A stretch of 64,000 bases of DNA from contig MFVS01000008.1 of the NCBI GenBank assembly GCA_001786195.1, forward strand, positions 21,057 through 85,056. The letters run 5' to 3'. Positions 26,639-36,653 of this stretch are shown piece after piece. Below the pieces are notes generated by a model, which was not told the DNA's origin, did no database searches, and saw only the letters and a program-made list of their open reading frames with translations. The translations under genes were made by a program, and so were the position numbers. Source of the DNA: Candidatus Nomurabacteria bacterium RIFCSPLOWO2_12_FULL_40_42. GTDB lineage: Bacteria; Patescibacteriota; Minisyncoccia; Phycocordibacterales; UBA9973. Each line of letters opens with the position of its first letter. Position 1 is the first letter of the stretch.

Positions 26639-27184
26639 ATGAAACAGCAATCTTCTATCACGGAAACACCAGAGATTTACTTGAGGCTTGAACAATATAG
26701 CGACATTTTTTCCGACTTTGATATACGTCCATATAGAGAACGCGCGCTTTCAATTGATTTCCTTGATGAGATTAAACGGGCGGCGAGTGATAAAGATGGA
26801 AGTGGAATAGAGCTTATGTTGCACATTCCGGAAAAAGATCGCAATGAGGCTGAAGAGGAAGTAATTAAGGAACGCCTAACAACACACTTTAAAAGGCATT
26901 ATCATTTACTCTCGAAAGAAAAAAGACGAGTTATGAAACTTGGTTTAACTATGGTATTTCTAGGTATTATTTCTATGATAGCGGCTACATTGATTATTTT
27001 TAAAGATCCTGCAGACGATTTATTCTTGTCATTTTTGGTTGTTTTCTTAGAGCCGGCAGCGTGGTTTTTGCTCTGGGAAGGGATGGATCAAATAGTGTTT
27101 AACTCGAAGAACATAAACCCAGATTTCAATTTTTATCGCAAGATGTCCAACTCCCGGGGACAAATCCATTTTAAATCGTATTAA
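26639..27184 (+). CDS. Hypothetical membrane protein
   Basis: YSDIFSDFDIRPYRERALSIDFLDE followed by two TM helices; ATG at 26639 chosen to avoid overlap. Confidence 0.7.
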   Translation: MKQQSSITETPEIYLRLEQYSDIFSDFDIRPYRERALSIDFLDEIKRAASDKDGSGIELMLHIPEKDRNEAEEEVIKERLTTHFKRHYHLLSKEKRRVMKLGLTMVFLGIISMIAATLIIFKDPADDLFLSFLVVFLEPAAWFLLWEGMDQIVFNSKNINPDFNFYRKMSNSRGQIHFKSY

Positions 27185-27993
27185 ATTTCAACCAATACTG
27201 GGCAGTGGTCGGAGCCGAGAACTTCGGACAGGATCTCTGCTTTTTTTACTTTTTTCGCCAGTCCGGCGCTCACAAAAATGTAATCAATTCTCCAGCCAAT
27301 GTTTCGCGCTCGGGCATTGGCGAAATGGCTCCACCAAGTGTAATGTCCCGGACCTTTAGTGAAAATTCGAAAAGTGTCCACAAAACCAGCATCAATCATT
27401 TGTTGGATGCCCTCGCGTTCTTCTTTGGTAAACCCTTTTAGTCCTTCATTTTCTTTCGGTCGTGCCAGATCGTCTGGCGTATGGGCCACATTTAGGTCTC
27501 CACAGAAGATAACGGGCTTTCCTGCCCTGAGCGAAGTCGAAGGGTTTTCTAATTCCTTTACATAGGCAAGAAAGGCGGGGTCCCATTGCTTGTGGCGCAA
27601 AGGGATACGGCTCAAATCATCTTTGGCATTGGGTGTGTAGACGGTAACAACATAAAAATCTTTAAATTCGGCAGTAATGACCCGGCCTTCAGTCCTAGGA
27701 TCACCATAAGTATCAGCTACAAGACCAAATTTTTCCGAGATTTTCTCTGGCAAACCAAGAACAATAGAAAGCGGTTTTGTTTTGGTAAAAATGGCAGTGC
27801 CGGAATATCCTTTTTTGACGGCGGAGTTCCAATATTCTTCGTAATCCGGTAAATCGATAGGTGACTGGTGTTGTTCGGCCTTGGTTTCCGGCAGACACAA
27901 AATATCCGGCTGATATTTTTCGACAAACGGCACAAAAAGTCCCTTTTTATGCACTGCCCGTATGCCGTTTACATTCCAACTGATGATTTTCAT
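27181..27993 (-). CDS. xth: Exodeoxyribonuclease III
   Basis: ISWNVNGIRA, GYSGTA, CGDLNVAH, GWRIDY, GSDHCP. Confidence 0.95.
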   Translation of the reverse strand: MKIISWNVNGIRAVHKKGLFVPFVEKYQPDILCLPETKAEQHQSPIDLPDYEEYWNSAVKKGYSGTAIFTKTKPLSIVLGLPEKISEKFGLVADTYGDPRTEGRVITAEFKDFYVVTVYTPNAKDDLSRIPLRHKQWDPAFLAYVKELENPSTSLRAGKPVIFCGDLNVAHTPDDLARPKENEGLKGFTKEEREGIQQMIDAGFVDTFRIFTKGPGHYTWWSHFANARARNIGWRIDYIFVSAGLAKKVKKAEILSEVLGSDHCPVLVEI

Positions 27994-28002
27994 CCGATTA
28001 TT

Positions 28003-28653
28003 TTATTTAGGTTTCTGAAAAAGCGATTCCAATAAGCCTAATTCCACTGGTTTTTTTATGAATTCAATTTCTTGCGAAATTAATGTTAATTTTTTATCAA
28101 AAATCTGCGCCATTTCTTTGTCCTCAAAAAAATGATAGTGAATACCGTGTTTTTCTAGTTCGCCATCCGGTGAAGCTATCGGGGAGAAATTTATAAAATT
28201 TATTGTTTTGCGCGAGAAGGACATATTCAAATAAAATCCTCCGGGCTTTAGCACTCGTCTAATTTCGTCAGCATATTTCGGCCAGTCTTTCTTGTGCAGA
28301 CTCTCCATCAGCCCAAAAGCGCAGACGCCATCGAAGCTGTTGTCCACAAAAGGTAACTTCAAAGCGTCGGCGGTGACAAATTTCAATTTACCCTCCAGCC
28401 CCCAATGTTTTATTTCTCCGTTGACCTTGGACACGATCTGGTCTTCAAAATCAATGCCGATCACCTTGAAGCCCATGTCGGCTAATTGTTTGGCAAAAAG
28501 GCCGCGGCCGCTCCCGACATCCAAGATCGAAGCCCCGGCTGGAAGTTTTTTTATGAGTTTGGTTCCCCGGAGCGGTATGGTTAAAGGCGTCCAGATATCG
28601 GTGCCAGTTGCATAAGCTTTATTAAAATGATCTTTGTGTGCGTGATAATCCAT
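28003..28653 (-). CDS. Class I SAM-dependent methyltransferase
   Basis: ILDVGSGRG, ADALKLPF, RVLKPGG; likely start ATG at 28653, since the upstream extension is a repeat element. Confidence 0.88.
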   Translation of the reverse strand: MDYHAHKDHFNKAYATGTDIWTPLTIPLRGTKLIKKLPAGASILDVGSGRGLFAKQLADMGFKVIGIDFEDQIVSKVNGEIKHWGLEGKLKFVTADALKLPFVDNSFDGVCAFGLMESLHKKDWPKYADEIRRVLKPGGFYLNMSFSRKTINFINFSPIASPDGELEKHGIHYHFFEDKEMAQIFDKKLTLISQEIEFIKKPVELGLLESLFQKPK

Positions 28654-28731
28654 CCCGTACGAAATTTCATTAAATTGATAAATTGACCCATCCCTTATAC
28701 GAAACTTTTTTAGCAAGATTTCGTACGGGAT
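28652..28731. mobile_element. Short TIR element at a start codon (one of four related elements)
   Basis: Perfect 14-bp inverted ends atcccgtacgaaat/atttcgtacgggat; ATGGAT duplicated at both ends on the - strand. Confidence 0.65.
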
Positions 28732-28857
28732 CCATGGGTGAATTATAACACTGCTTTGTTTTTTAGACTATACGGGAACCAAAGTTTATATCAACCGCTC
28801 ACATTGGAAACCAATCCATCAAGGAGCGGTTTTCATTTTGTGTTATGATTGGGGTAT

Positions 28858-29139
28858 ATGACAAAATATTTAACAAGCATTAATTTATCTATTACCAGTC
28901 TTGGAATTGCAGTTTTGTATTATATTTCAAATTTTTTTCTTATTATACCGATAGCATCGATACAATTCGTTGACGATATGTTGGCTATAATTGAATCTGT
29001 TATAGTTATTTACGCACTGATTTTAGCTATTAAAGAAAAGAACAAACCAGCCATTACTTTGGCAGTTCTTTTGTTGATTATGTTTTTGAAACCTTTTACT
29101 TGGGCTATTGCAGCAAAGATATATTGGTACATTCAGTAG
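28858..29139 (+). CDS. Small hypothetical membrane protein
   Basis: Three hydrophobic segments; AT-rich DNA. Confidence 0.6.
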   Translation: MTKYLTSINLSITSLGIAVLYYISNFFLIIPIASIQFVDDMLAIIESVIVIYALILAIKEKNKPAITLAVLLLIMFLKPFTWAIAAKIYWYIQ

Positions 29140-29146
29140 GTATTTT

Positions 29147-31345
29147 TTATATTAATTTTTTATTATGAAACTTCTTGTGTATATCTCGCAGATGTTTGTC
29201 GGTCACATGGGTGTAGATCTGGGTGGTGCCGATGTTGGCATGGCCGAGCATGGCTTGGACAGAACGGATATCAGCACCGTTGCTTAACAAGTCGGTCGCG
29301 AAGCAATTATGAGAGATAAAGCCATCAGTAATTAAGTTTTCGTATTTATCCACGGCAAAATCATAGACCAATCCTTTATATTTTTGTTTATTAATTTTAT
29401 TAACCCGTAGCCACTGTATATTATTACTTTCAATAAGATTTTCTAAAAAATTTAACCTCTTATCTTTACAATGCGCACCTCGTAAGTATTTTATAATCTT
29501 TTTAAGCACCTCTTTTGTGGGGATAATAGAGGTAGTAGTTCCAACATATCGATATATGTCAATCCCTTCTTCTATTTTAAGATATCGAGCAAAATTATGC
29601 CATTTATTATCAAGTGAATGATAGATGTCTCGCAATATTTCTCTAACTGGAATTTTTTCTCCTTCAAATATATCGTTTGGCGTTGTTTTTTTTAAAGTTG
29701 GAATAATTTTCTTAAATAATTCTTGGTCTGGTTTGTGCAATATCTGTAAATTATACATAACATGATCAATTAATTTTCCACCAGGCAATCTGACTCTTCT
29801 TGATCTAGTGTACAGATGAGAGTCAATGCCAAGAGTAAGTAGCAACATTTGTATATCTTTGAGAAGCATTTTGCTGGTGGAGAAAAATTTTACTGATGAA
29901 CCCTCATTTCCTTCAGCATCATAATAGCCGGCTATAAAATGCGCGATCGTCGCTTTATTTTGGGAAAAAAGAGACTTCGGGACCCTTCGGAATGGCGATT
30001 TTTCTGTAATACCAATTTTTCTTAAGTATGCTATAAATGATTTTGAATAAAAATTTAAAAGATAACTATTCACACTGTTTTTTTTTATTATTGTTGGCTG
30101 ATGTTTGTATTCAGATACTATTATGTTTTTATAATGATTAACGAAAGACAGATTTTTATCCGCGATAATTACACCCCTCCTTTTTTCACTAATAGTTCCA
30201 TCTCCTAAAATATATCCAATAAGACGCCACTTATCTTTACTTTCTGATTTATTGGAACTATCCATTCTTGCTTTTCTTATGCCAGCCACGAATTGTCCAA
30301 TCTTTAGATTTTTTGCGAAAACTTCCTCGACTCCATTTATCCCAATAGTAAAAAATAGGTGATCCTTTGTGGTTGAGATTGTATATCCATTGGCTGAAAT
30401 ATTGATCAAGTCAACAAATCGATGATTAGTTTTTTGAATAATTTTGGATTTTATAGTTTTACCTTTTTTAAAGTCTACCGCGGTGATGTTTTTTGAGGAT
30501 GATTCGAACAGTTCCTTGGCTGACATTATTGTGTGTGGTAAGAAGATTAATGTGTCTGGATGAAGACAATGCCTTATCACGTGCGGAGTTACTTTTTTCG
30601 AAATACCGGCGATGGTGGCGTATCTTTTGACAATTCTTTCTATTGACCGGCGAGTCAGACCTTCATCGGTCGGTTTCTTTGAAATTTCATCAGCGATTTT
30701 TACAAACAGAGCGTCGGACATATCCTTGCGCAGGGCGAGGTAAGCTTTGACCGCAGCCTTGGCTTCATCGGAGAGGAAAACTACCCGCACTTTACCTCCT
30801 TTGCCGCGAATGGGAAATTCATCTAAACGCAAATCTAGATCATTGGTAAGCGAACAGAGTTCGGAAACCCGCAGACCGGTGGAAAAAAGCATCTCCATGA
30901 TGGCTTTATCCCGAGCTTTCCTTTCCGGATTCTTTTCTTTGTTGGGAGCATCCAAAAGCCGTTTCAATTCTTCCTGCGAAATGACATCAATTTGTCTTTC
31001 ACCGACTTTCGCTAGTTCGATTTGATCGGCAGGTAGGGAAGTGATATTTCTTTTTGCCAGAAATTTAAGAAAACTTCGCAGGGCGATCATGTAATAATTT
31101 TGAGTTTTCTTTTTTATGGTCTCTCCGGTTGCGCGATTGTTTCCGGTTGTCTGACGATTAAGCCAAATGCGAAAATCTCGGACTTTTGCATCTGTGATTT
31201 CGCTGGGGTCAGTAACTTTTGTTTGTTCGAGAAAGACGGTTAAGTAATGATCATAATTTTCTACAGTTCTAATGGCGCGACCTTTTTCGATCTCGACATA
31301 TTCCAAAAATTGAGTTTTGAGTTGTTTGAGGGAGGCCATAAACAT
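29147..31345 (-). CDS. XerC/XerD-type tyrosine recombinase containing an intein (start possibly 31339)
   Basis: [36 protein letters not shown]|intein|[32 protein letters not shown]; spliced product about 310 aa. Confidence 0.93.
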   Translation of the reverse strand: MFMASLKQLKTQFLEYVEIEKGRAIRTVENYDHYLTVFLEQTKVTDPSEITDAKVRDFRIWLNRQTTGNNRATGETIKKKTQNYYMIALRSFLKFLAKRNITSLPADQIELAKVGERQIDVISQEELKRLLDAPNKEKNPERKARDKAIMEMLFSTGLRVSELCSLTNDLDLRLDEFPIRGKGGKVRVVFLSDEAKAAVKAYLALRKDMSDALFVKIADEISKKPTDEGLTRRSIERIVKRYATIAGISKKVTPHVIRHCLHPDTLIFLPHTIMSAKELFESSSKNITAVDFKKGKTIKSKIIQKTNHRFVDLINISANGYTISTTKDHLFFTIGINGVEEVFAKNLKIGQFVAGIRKARMDSSNKSESKDKWRLIGYILGDGTISEKRRGVIIADKNLSFVNHYKNIIVSEYKHQPTIIKKNSVNSYLLNFYSKSFIAYLRKIGITEKSPFRRVPKSLFSQNKATIAHFIAGYYDAEGNEGSSVKFFSTSKMLLKDIQMLLLTLGIDSHLYTRSRRVRLPGGKLIDHVMYNLQILHKPDQELFKKIIPTLKKTTPNDIFEGEKIPVREILRDIYHSLDNKWHNFARYLKIEEGIDIYRYVGTTTSIIPTKEVLKKIIKYLRGAHCKDKRLNFLENLIESNNIQWLRVNKINKQKYKGLVYDFAVDKYENLITDGFISHNCFATDLLSNGADIRSVQAMLGHANIGTTQIYTHVTDKHLRDIHKKFHNKKLI
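29306..30568 (-). mobile_element. Intein with LAGLIDADG homing endonuclease (421 aa)
   Basis: Starts CLHPDT, block [19 protein letters not shown] and [10 protein letters not shown], ends [18 protein letters not shown] before a +1 Cys; more AT-rich than the exteins. Confidence 0.93.
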
Positions 31346-31467
31346 ATTTTAACACAATACTTGCCCCGCCATGGCGGGGTTAATGCGACACGGCTGGGCC
31401 TGTCCCGTACCAAGCTACGCTTTGGTTCGGGATTGCAATTTGGCCCACTTTATGCTAATATCAAGGA

Positions 31468-31731
31468 ATGTTAGCAACCAAGAAAAAGCAAGGAATTATC
31501 AAGAAAAATCAGATTCACGACAAGGATACTGGTTCCCCAGAGGTGCAAGTGGCCGTGATTTCTGCGGCGATTGATGAGCTGGCGAAACATTTAAAGAAGC
31601 ACAAAAAGGATAATCATTCTCGCCGAGGGCTTATCAAGATGGTGGCCGATCGACGCACTCATTTGAAATATTTAGAGCGCACCAGCAAAACTCGTTACAA
31701 CGCCCTCATGAAGAAAATCGAATTGGTTTAG
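31468..31731 (+). CDS. rpsO: 30S ribosomal protein S15
   Basis: HDKDTGSPEVQVA...HLKKHKKDNHSRRGLIKMV. Confidence 0.97.
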   Translation: MLATKKKQGIIKKNQIHDKDTGSPEVQVAVISAAIDELAKHLKKHKKDNHSRRGLIKMVADRRTHLKYLERTSKTRYNALMKKIELV

Positions 31732-31862
31732 ATATTAAAATTCTTTCTTGGCATACTTTTTATAAAGCAATCTATCTGGCGGTGCTCCGCCAGCGAACTG
31801 CTCGGCTCGTCAGCCTGCGCAAGGCTTTCTAAAAAGTACGCCTGCAACGAATTTTAATATCT
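31730..31862. repeat. 133-bp intergenic palindromic element
   Basis: Perfect 14-bp ends agatattaaaattc/gaattttaatatct, inner imperfect arm ggcatactttttataaagc/gctttctaaaaagtacgcc, and hairpin ctggcgg-tgct-ccgccag. Confidence 0.7.
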
Positions 31863-31876
31863 GCTATAATAAACAC

Positions 31877-32389
31877 ATGACAGTCATAAAACATAAAGAG
31901 CAAAGAGTTGGAGTTTTTATTGATACCCAAAATCTATATCACAGCGCTCGGAATTTATATAAGGCGCGAGTAAATTTCGGCACGGTTTTGAAAGACGCGG
32001 TGGCGGGGCGAAAGCTAGTGCGGGCGGTGGCGTATGTTATCACCACCGAAGCCGGCGACGAGAAGAATTTCTTTGAGGCCTTGACCAAGCTCGGCATCGA
32101 AACTAAAACAAAAGATTTGCAAATTTTTGCCGGTGGAGCAAAAAAAGCGGATTGGGATGTCGGGCTCGCAGTGGATGTTATGAAAATGGCGAGCAAGCTG
32201 GATGCGGTGATAATAGTATCCGGAGATGGAGATTTTATTCCTCTGGTGCAGTATTTACAAAGTTATTTGGGGGTACAAGTGGAAGTCGTTTCTTTCGGGC
32301 AGTCAACTTCCGGCAAGTTGCGCGAGGTGGTAGATGATTTTGTGGATCTCTCCGAAAATCCGAGAAAATATTTGATGGGGGTTAAATAG
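31877..32389 (+). CDS. NYN domain (LabA/DUF88) protein
   Basis: VFIDTQNLY, KADWDVGLAVD, VSGDGDFIPL. Confidence 0.9.
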   Translation: MTVIKHKEQRVGVFIDTQNLYHSARNLYKARVNFGTVLKDAVAGRKLVRAVAYVITTEAGDEKNFFEALTKLGIETKTKDLQIFAGGAKKADWDVGLAVDVMKMASKLDAVIIVSGDGDFIPLVQYLQSYLGVQVEVVSFGQSTSGKLREVVDDFVDLSENPRKYLMGVK

Positions 32390-32508
32390 TGAATAATAAA
32401 AAATGAAAAAAGACCTTTTGAGATATATTTGGGAAGCAAAATATTCAAAAGATGTGCTGATATTGCAAGAATTAGGGAATTGCATTGGTTTTTTGTTATA
32501 ATATATAA

Positions 32509-34284
32509 ATGCAAATCGATGAAGAGCAGTTCAAGAAATTTATTTTAGAAGGAGGACTGGTTTCCAAAAAAGATCTGGACTCGGCCATCAAGGTGGCCGA
32601 GGCAAAGAAGCAAAAGATTGGAAACATTTTACTAAGTGAAGGAAAAATATCAGAAACAGATTTGAAACGAACGGAGGCTTTTGTTTTAGGGATTCCTTTT
32701 GTCAGTTTACTTAATCAGAAGATTGATTTTTCAGTGCTCTCTCTCATTCCGGAGCCGATCGCCCGCAATGACAACATTGTGGCTTACACCAAAAGCGAGC
32801 ACGGGCTTGAAGTGGCCATGCTTGACGTCGATGATTTGCCGGTGATTGATTTCATCAAGAAGCGCTCCGGGCTGAAAATTTTGCCTCGACTCACCGATAG
32901 CGCTTCGATCAAGGCGGTCTTGATGCAATATCGGCAAAGTTTGACTTTCGAATTCCAGAACATTATCCAAAAAGAATCGAATACCATCGGTAAGGCGGCG
33001 AGTGAAGAGGACCAGCCGCAGGCAGGCGAAAAGGTAGCCGAAAAGTCCGAGAAAGAACTGAAAGAAATGGCGGAAGATTTGCCGGTGGTCAAGATCGTGG
33101 ATTCCCTGATTGTTCACGCGATTTTGCAAAATGCCTCGGATATTCATATCGAGCCGGGGGAGCGGGAGCTTACGGTGCGTTACAGGATCGACGGTATTTT
33201 ACACGATGCCATGGTCTTGGACAAAAATGCCGGCGCGGGAATCACGGCGCGCATCAAAGTGCTTTCGAACTTGAAGCTAGATGAAAAAAGACTGCCGCAG
33301 GACGGTCGATTTAAAAAAGAACAAGATGGAGAGAAAATTTCCTTCCGTGTTTCCACCTTGCCTACCTTTTTCGGAGAAAAAACCGTGATGAGAATTCTGA
33401 AAGAAAATGCGCATGGGTTTTCGCTGGAGACTCTCGGCTTTCATGGCGAAGCTTTGGAGCGAATTCACAATTCCCTCAAACAAAAAACGGGGATGGTGCT
33501 AGCCACTGGGCCGACCGGAAGCGGAAAGACCACGACGCTTTACACCATGCTAGATATTTTGAACAAGCCGGAGGTGAATATTTCAACCGTCGAAGATCCG
33601 ATTGAGTATCAGATGCCGCGGGTCAACCAAACCCAGGTCAAGCCGGAAATCGGATTATCTTTTGCCAATGGGCTTCGTTCGCTTCTGCGCCAAGACCCGG
33701 ACATCATCATGGTGGGCGAGATCCGCGACGGCGAGACGGCGGGGCTTGCGGTCAATGCTTCCCTTACCGGACACTTGGTGCTCTCAACTATTCACACCAA
33801 TTCCGCCGCAGGAGCTATTCCGCGATTGATAGACATGGGCGTGGAGCCTTTCCTCATTACGGCGACGGTCAAAACAATTATCGCCCAGAGATTGGTGCGC
33901 CGGCTTACACCAAATAAGGAAAAATATTTTTTGTCGCCGGCGGAAATAAAAAATTTGGCGAAAATTGTGGATTTGGACCGGATGCTTTCACTGTTCAAAG
34001 AAGAAAAATTAATCGGCACCAAAGACACCTGGGATAAAATTCCTTTTTATAAAGCAGTCAAGTCGAGCGAGTTTGAAGACGGATATTCCAATCGTATCGG
34101 CATGCATGAAGTGCTCTATGTCAACTCGGCTATCAAGGAGATGATCCTCGCGGGCAAGTCCCAAGACGACATCGAGATCCAGGCCAAGAAAGACGGAATG
34201 ATGACGATGCTCGAAGACGGAGTGTATCAGGCGGTCTTGGGCGTGACGACTCTCGAAGAAGTGTTCCGAGTGGTTTCGGAGTAA
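32509..34284 (+). CDS. pilB: Type IV pilus assembly ATPase (PilB/GspE)
   Basis: ASDIHIEP, RLPQDGRF, TGPTGSGKTTTLY, EDPIEY, LRQDPDIIMVGEIRD, TGHLVLSTIHTN. Confidence 0.93.
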   Translation: MQIDEEQFKKFILEGGLVSKKDLDSAIKVAEAKKQKIGNILLSEGKISETDLKRTEAFVLGIPFVSLLNQKIDFSVLSLIPEPIARNDNIVAYTKSEHGLEVAMLDVDDLPVIDFIKKRSGLKILPRLTDSASIKAVLMQYRQSLTFEFQNIIQKESNTIGKAASEEDQPQAGEKVAEKSEKELKEMAEDLPVVKIVDSLIVHAILQNASDIHIEPGERELTVRYRIDGILHDAMVLDKNAGAGITARIKVLSNLKLDEKRLPQDGRFKKEQDGEKISFRVSTLPTFFGEKTVMRILKENAHGFSLETLGFHGEALERIHNSLKQKTGMVLATGPTGSGKTTTLYTMLDILNKPEVNISTVEDPIEYQMPRVNQTQVKPEIGLSFANGLRSLLRQDPDIIMVGEIRDGETAGLAVNASLTGHLVLSTIHTNSAAGAIPRLIDMGVEPFLITATVKTIIAQRLVRRLTPNKEKYFLSPAEIKNLAKIVDLDRMLSLFKEEKLIGTKDTWDKIPFYKAVKSSEFEDGYSNRIGMHEVLYVNSAIKEMILAGKSQDDIEIQAKKDGMMTMLEDGVYQAVLGVTTLEEVFRVVSE

Positions 34285-34291
34285 AAATAAT

Positions 34292-35509
34292 ATGCTTTTT
34301 TTATATAAGGCAAAATCTAAAACGGGGGAAATTTTTGAAAGCGCGATGGACGCTCCCGACCGTTATTCGCTGGCGAAAGAGATAAAATCTCACGGAGATT
34401 TTCCTCTGTCTATTGCGGAGAAAAATCAATTTTTTACGGATTTAAAATCTCTCTTTCAGAATTTTTTTACGAAAGTCAGCGTCAATGAACAGATTATTTT
34501 TACTAAAAATCTAAGCGGAATGCTCAAGGCCGGGCTATCTTTGTATCGGGCTCTGTCGGTTTTGAAAAAGCAGACCCAAAATTCTAAATTGAATTCTATT
34601 TTAACTTCTCTGTCTGAAGAAATAAATTCAGGCGGGACACTTTCGGAAGGGCTGGGTAAATTCCCAAATGTTTTTTCCAAACTTTTTGTATCAATAGTAA
34701 AGGCAGGCGAGGAGTCCGGTAATCTCGCGGGAGCGCTTTCGGATCTCGGGATAAATTTAGAGAAAGCCCATTCGCTGACCAAGAAAATACGCGGCGCCCT
34801 TATTTATCCGGGCATCATTCTCTCGGCCATGGTGGTTATTGGGGTTTTAATGTTTGCCTTTGTGGTGCCGACTTTGGCCGGAACTTTTAAAGAGCTCGGT
34901 GTGACCTTGCCGCTTTCCACCCGCATTCTGATTTTTGCCGGTAATTTTTTCTCGAATCACTTGATTTTGACCTTTGTGATTATTATTGGAACAGCCTTTG
35001 GCTTGTTCTCGCTTTTTCGCGCTAAATTTGCTGCAAAGTATATTGATTACATTCTTATCCGCATTCCAGTCATCGGAATTTTAGCCAAAGAATTGAATAC
35101 CGCCCGCACTGCCCGCACCATGTCATCACTTCTCCTTGCGGGGGTTTCAATCATCCGCGCGGTGGAAATTACAACTGACGTGGTGCAAAATATTTATTAT
35201 AAAAAAGTCTTAGCGGACGCCACTATCTCAATCGAAAAAGGAGCTCCGTTTTCTAAAACTTTTGCCGACAACAATAAGCTTTACCCGGTAATGATGTCGG
35301 AGATGATCCAAGTCGGGGAAGAAACCGGAAAATTGTCGGATATGCTGCTCGAGATCGCTTTGTTTTATGAAGGAGAAATTGAAAATAAAACTAAGAATCT
35401 TTCTACGATTATCGAGCCGGTTTTAATGGTTGTCATCGGCGCCGGAGTTGGATTTTTCGCGATTTCGATGATCTCGCCGCTTTATTCAATTTTGGGCAAT
35501 ATAGAATAG
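34292..35509 (+). CDS. pilC: Type IV pilus platform protein (PilC/GspF)
   Basis: AGEESGNL, ALIYP, VGEETGKL, IIEPVLM. Confidence 0.92.
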   Translation: MLFLYKAKSKTGEIFESAMDAPDRYSLAKEIKSHGDFPLSIAEKNQFFTDLKSLFQNFFTKVSVNEQIIFTKNLSGMLKAGLSLYRALSVLKKQTQNSKLNSILTSLSEEINSGGTLSEGLGKFPNVFSKLFVSIVKAGEESGNLAGALSDLGINLEKAHSLTKKIRGALIYPGIILSAMVVIGVLMFAFVVPTLAGTFKELGVTLPLSTRILIFAGNFFSNHLILTFVIIIGTAFGLFSLFRAKFAAKYIDYILIRIPVIGILAKELNTARTARTMSSLLLAGVSIIRAVEITTDVVQNIYYKKVLADATISIEKGAPFSKTFADNNKLYPVMMSEMIQVGEETGKLSDMLLEIALFYEGEIENKTKNLSTIIEPVLMVVIGAGVGFFAISMISPLYSILGNIE

Positions 35510-35567
35510 ATTACTTATTCCCGTCTTGTTTTTGAAGATATTTAGAATAAGTGATACAATGTTTAAT

Positions 35568-36350
35568 ATGAATCCCTGGATCCAATTAAGTATTGATTAT
35601 GCAAACCAAAGAAGCTCCTTAGACGATCTTTTTAAGGTATACCCAACTATCCCCGATGGCATCCGCGAACTTGATGAAAAACTTTGGAAAAATATAGAAG
35701 GTTCATTTAAAAAAAAAGATAATGCGGAGTTAATAGAAAATCTAGTAAAATTAAATTTGTTTCCCATAAAAGATTCTTATGTTGCTTATTTAAAAAGAGA
35801 CAAAAAGGCTTCTGAAAGAAATCCGCAAACAATTGCTAGGCTTGTGGGACGATTATATGAGATGGGTTTAGACACAATATATGCTCGCTGTTCCGAACCA
35901 AAAGAAACAAACCGACAAATCGGTCCATTATTTATTTCGACGCTGGTTAAACAATTATTATTTACAGATATGAAACTTATCAATCTTATTATTGACATTC
36001 TGGAGAAATCTGAAGTTCCTTTAAAACAAGGTGAGATTCTTGCTTTGGCAGAAAAACATCCTGCTTACATGGATTGCATTGAATTGCAAAAAGTTCAGGT
36101 TCCTTTATCTGCTGTGGCAAGATGTTTGACAAAATACTCCGGTGGTAGTAAGCCAGTTTTTGGTGTTTATTTTGAAGGAAGAGATAAGAAAAGTCAAAAG
36201 CGTTTTTTCTTAAAAACAAAAGACATTCCTGAAGTAAAGAATATTCCAGAATCTAGCCTGCATCCGTACTTTTATAGGTTTGTTGAGACATCATCAAGTA
36301 TAATTTCTGACAAGAGGATTAAAAAGGAAAGTTTTGATCTAATTATATGA
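35568..36350 (+). pseudogene. Apparent chimera of a restriction-endonuclease-like N-terminal fragment and an HrgA-like HTH fragment
   Basis: MNPWIQLSIDYANQRS..DDLFKVYP...SEPKETNRQIGPLF, then from about 35970 MKLINLIIDILEK..PL..EI...ESSLHPY; family resemblance recalled, not searched; interrupts the pil operon. Confidence 0.4.
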
Positions 36351-36610
36351 CACTAACGACGAAAAATCTTTTAATACTAGAAAAAAAGATCAGTACGATG
36401 GATTATCGATTTATTCAAAAAAATAGACATCGATTATCTTATCACAATCCTTATTTTCTTGTTTGTATTAACGAGGTTATTTTTCGCTTAATAAGTAATA
36501 ATACAATCAAAGAAAAGAATCTGGATACGAGTGATATTTTAAATATTCTCAATAAAGATGCTGAAAAACTTTATCTTAATTCTAACATCTCCGAATGTTT
36601 AAAAATATGA
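36347..36610 (+). CDS. Hypothetical protein
   Basis: 87-aa AT-rich ORF overlapping the previous stop codon (ATGA). Confidence 0.45.
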   Translation: MTLTTKNLLILEKKISTMDYRFIQKNRHRLSYHNPYFLVCINEVIFRLISNNTIKEKNLDTSDILNILNKDAEKLYLNSNISECLKI

Positions 36611-36653
36611 AATCGCTAAAGAATACTGAAATTAATGTGAGTGTATAAAATTA

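Noticed and set aside
29147-31345. Prophage/ICE integrase marking an island
   Set aside because: The extein looks like a housekeeping Xer next to rpsO; no att repeats or phage genes seen.
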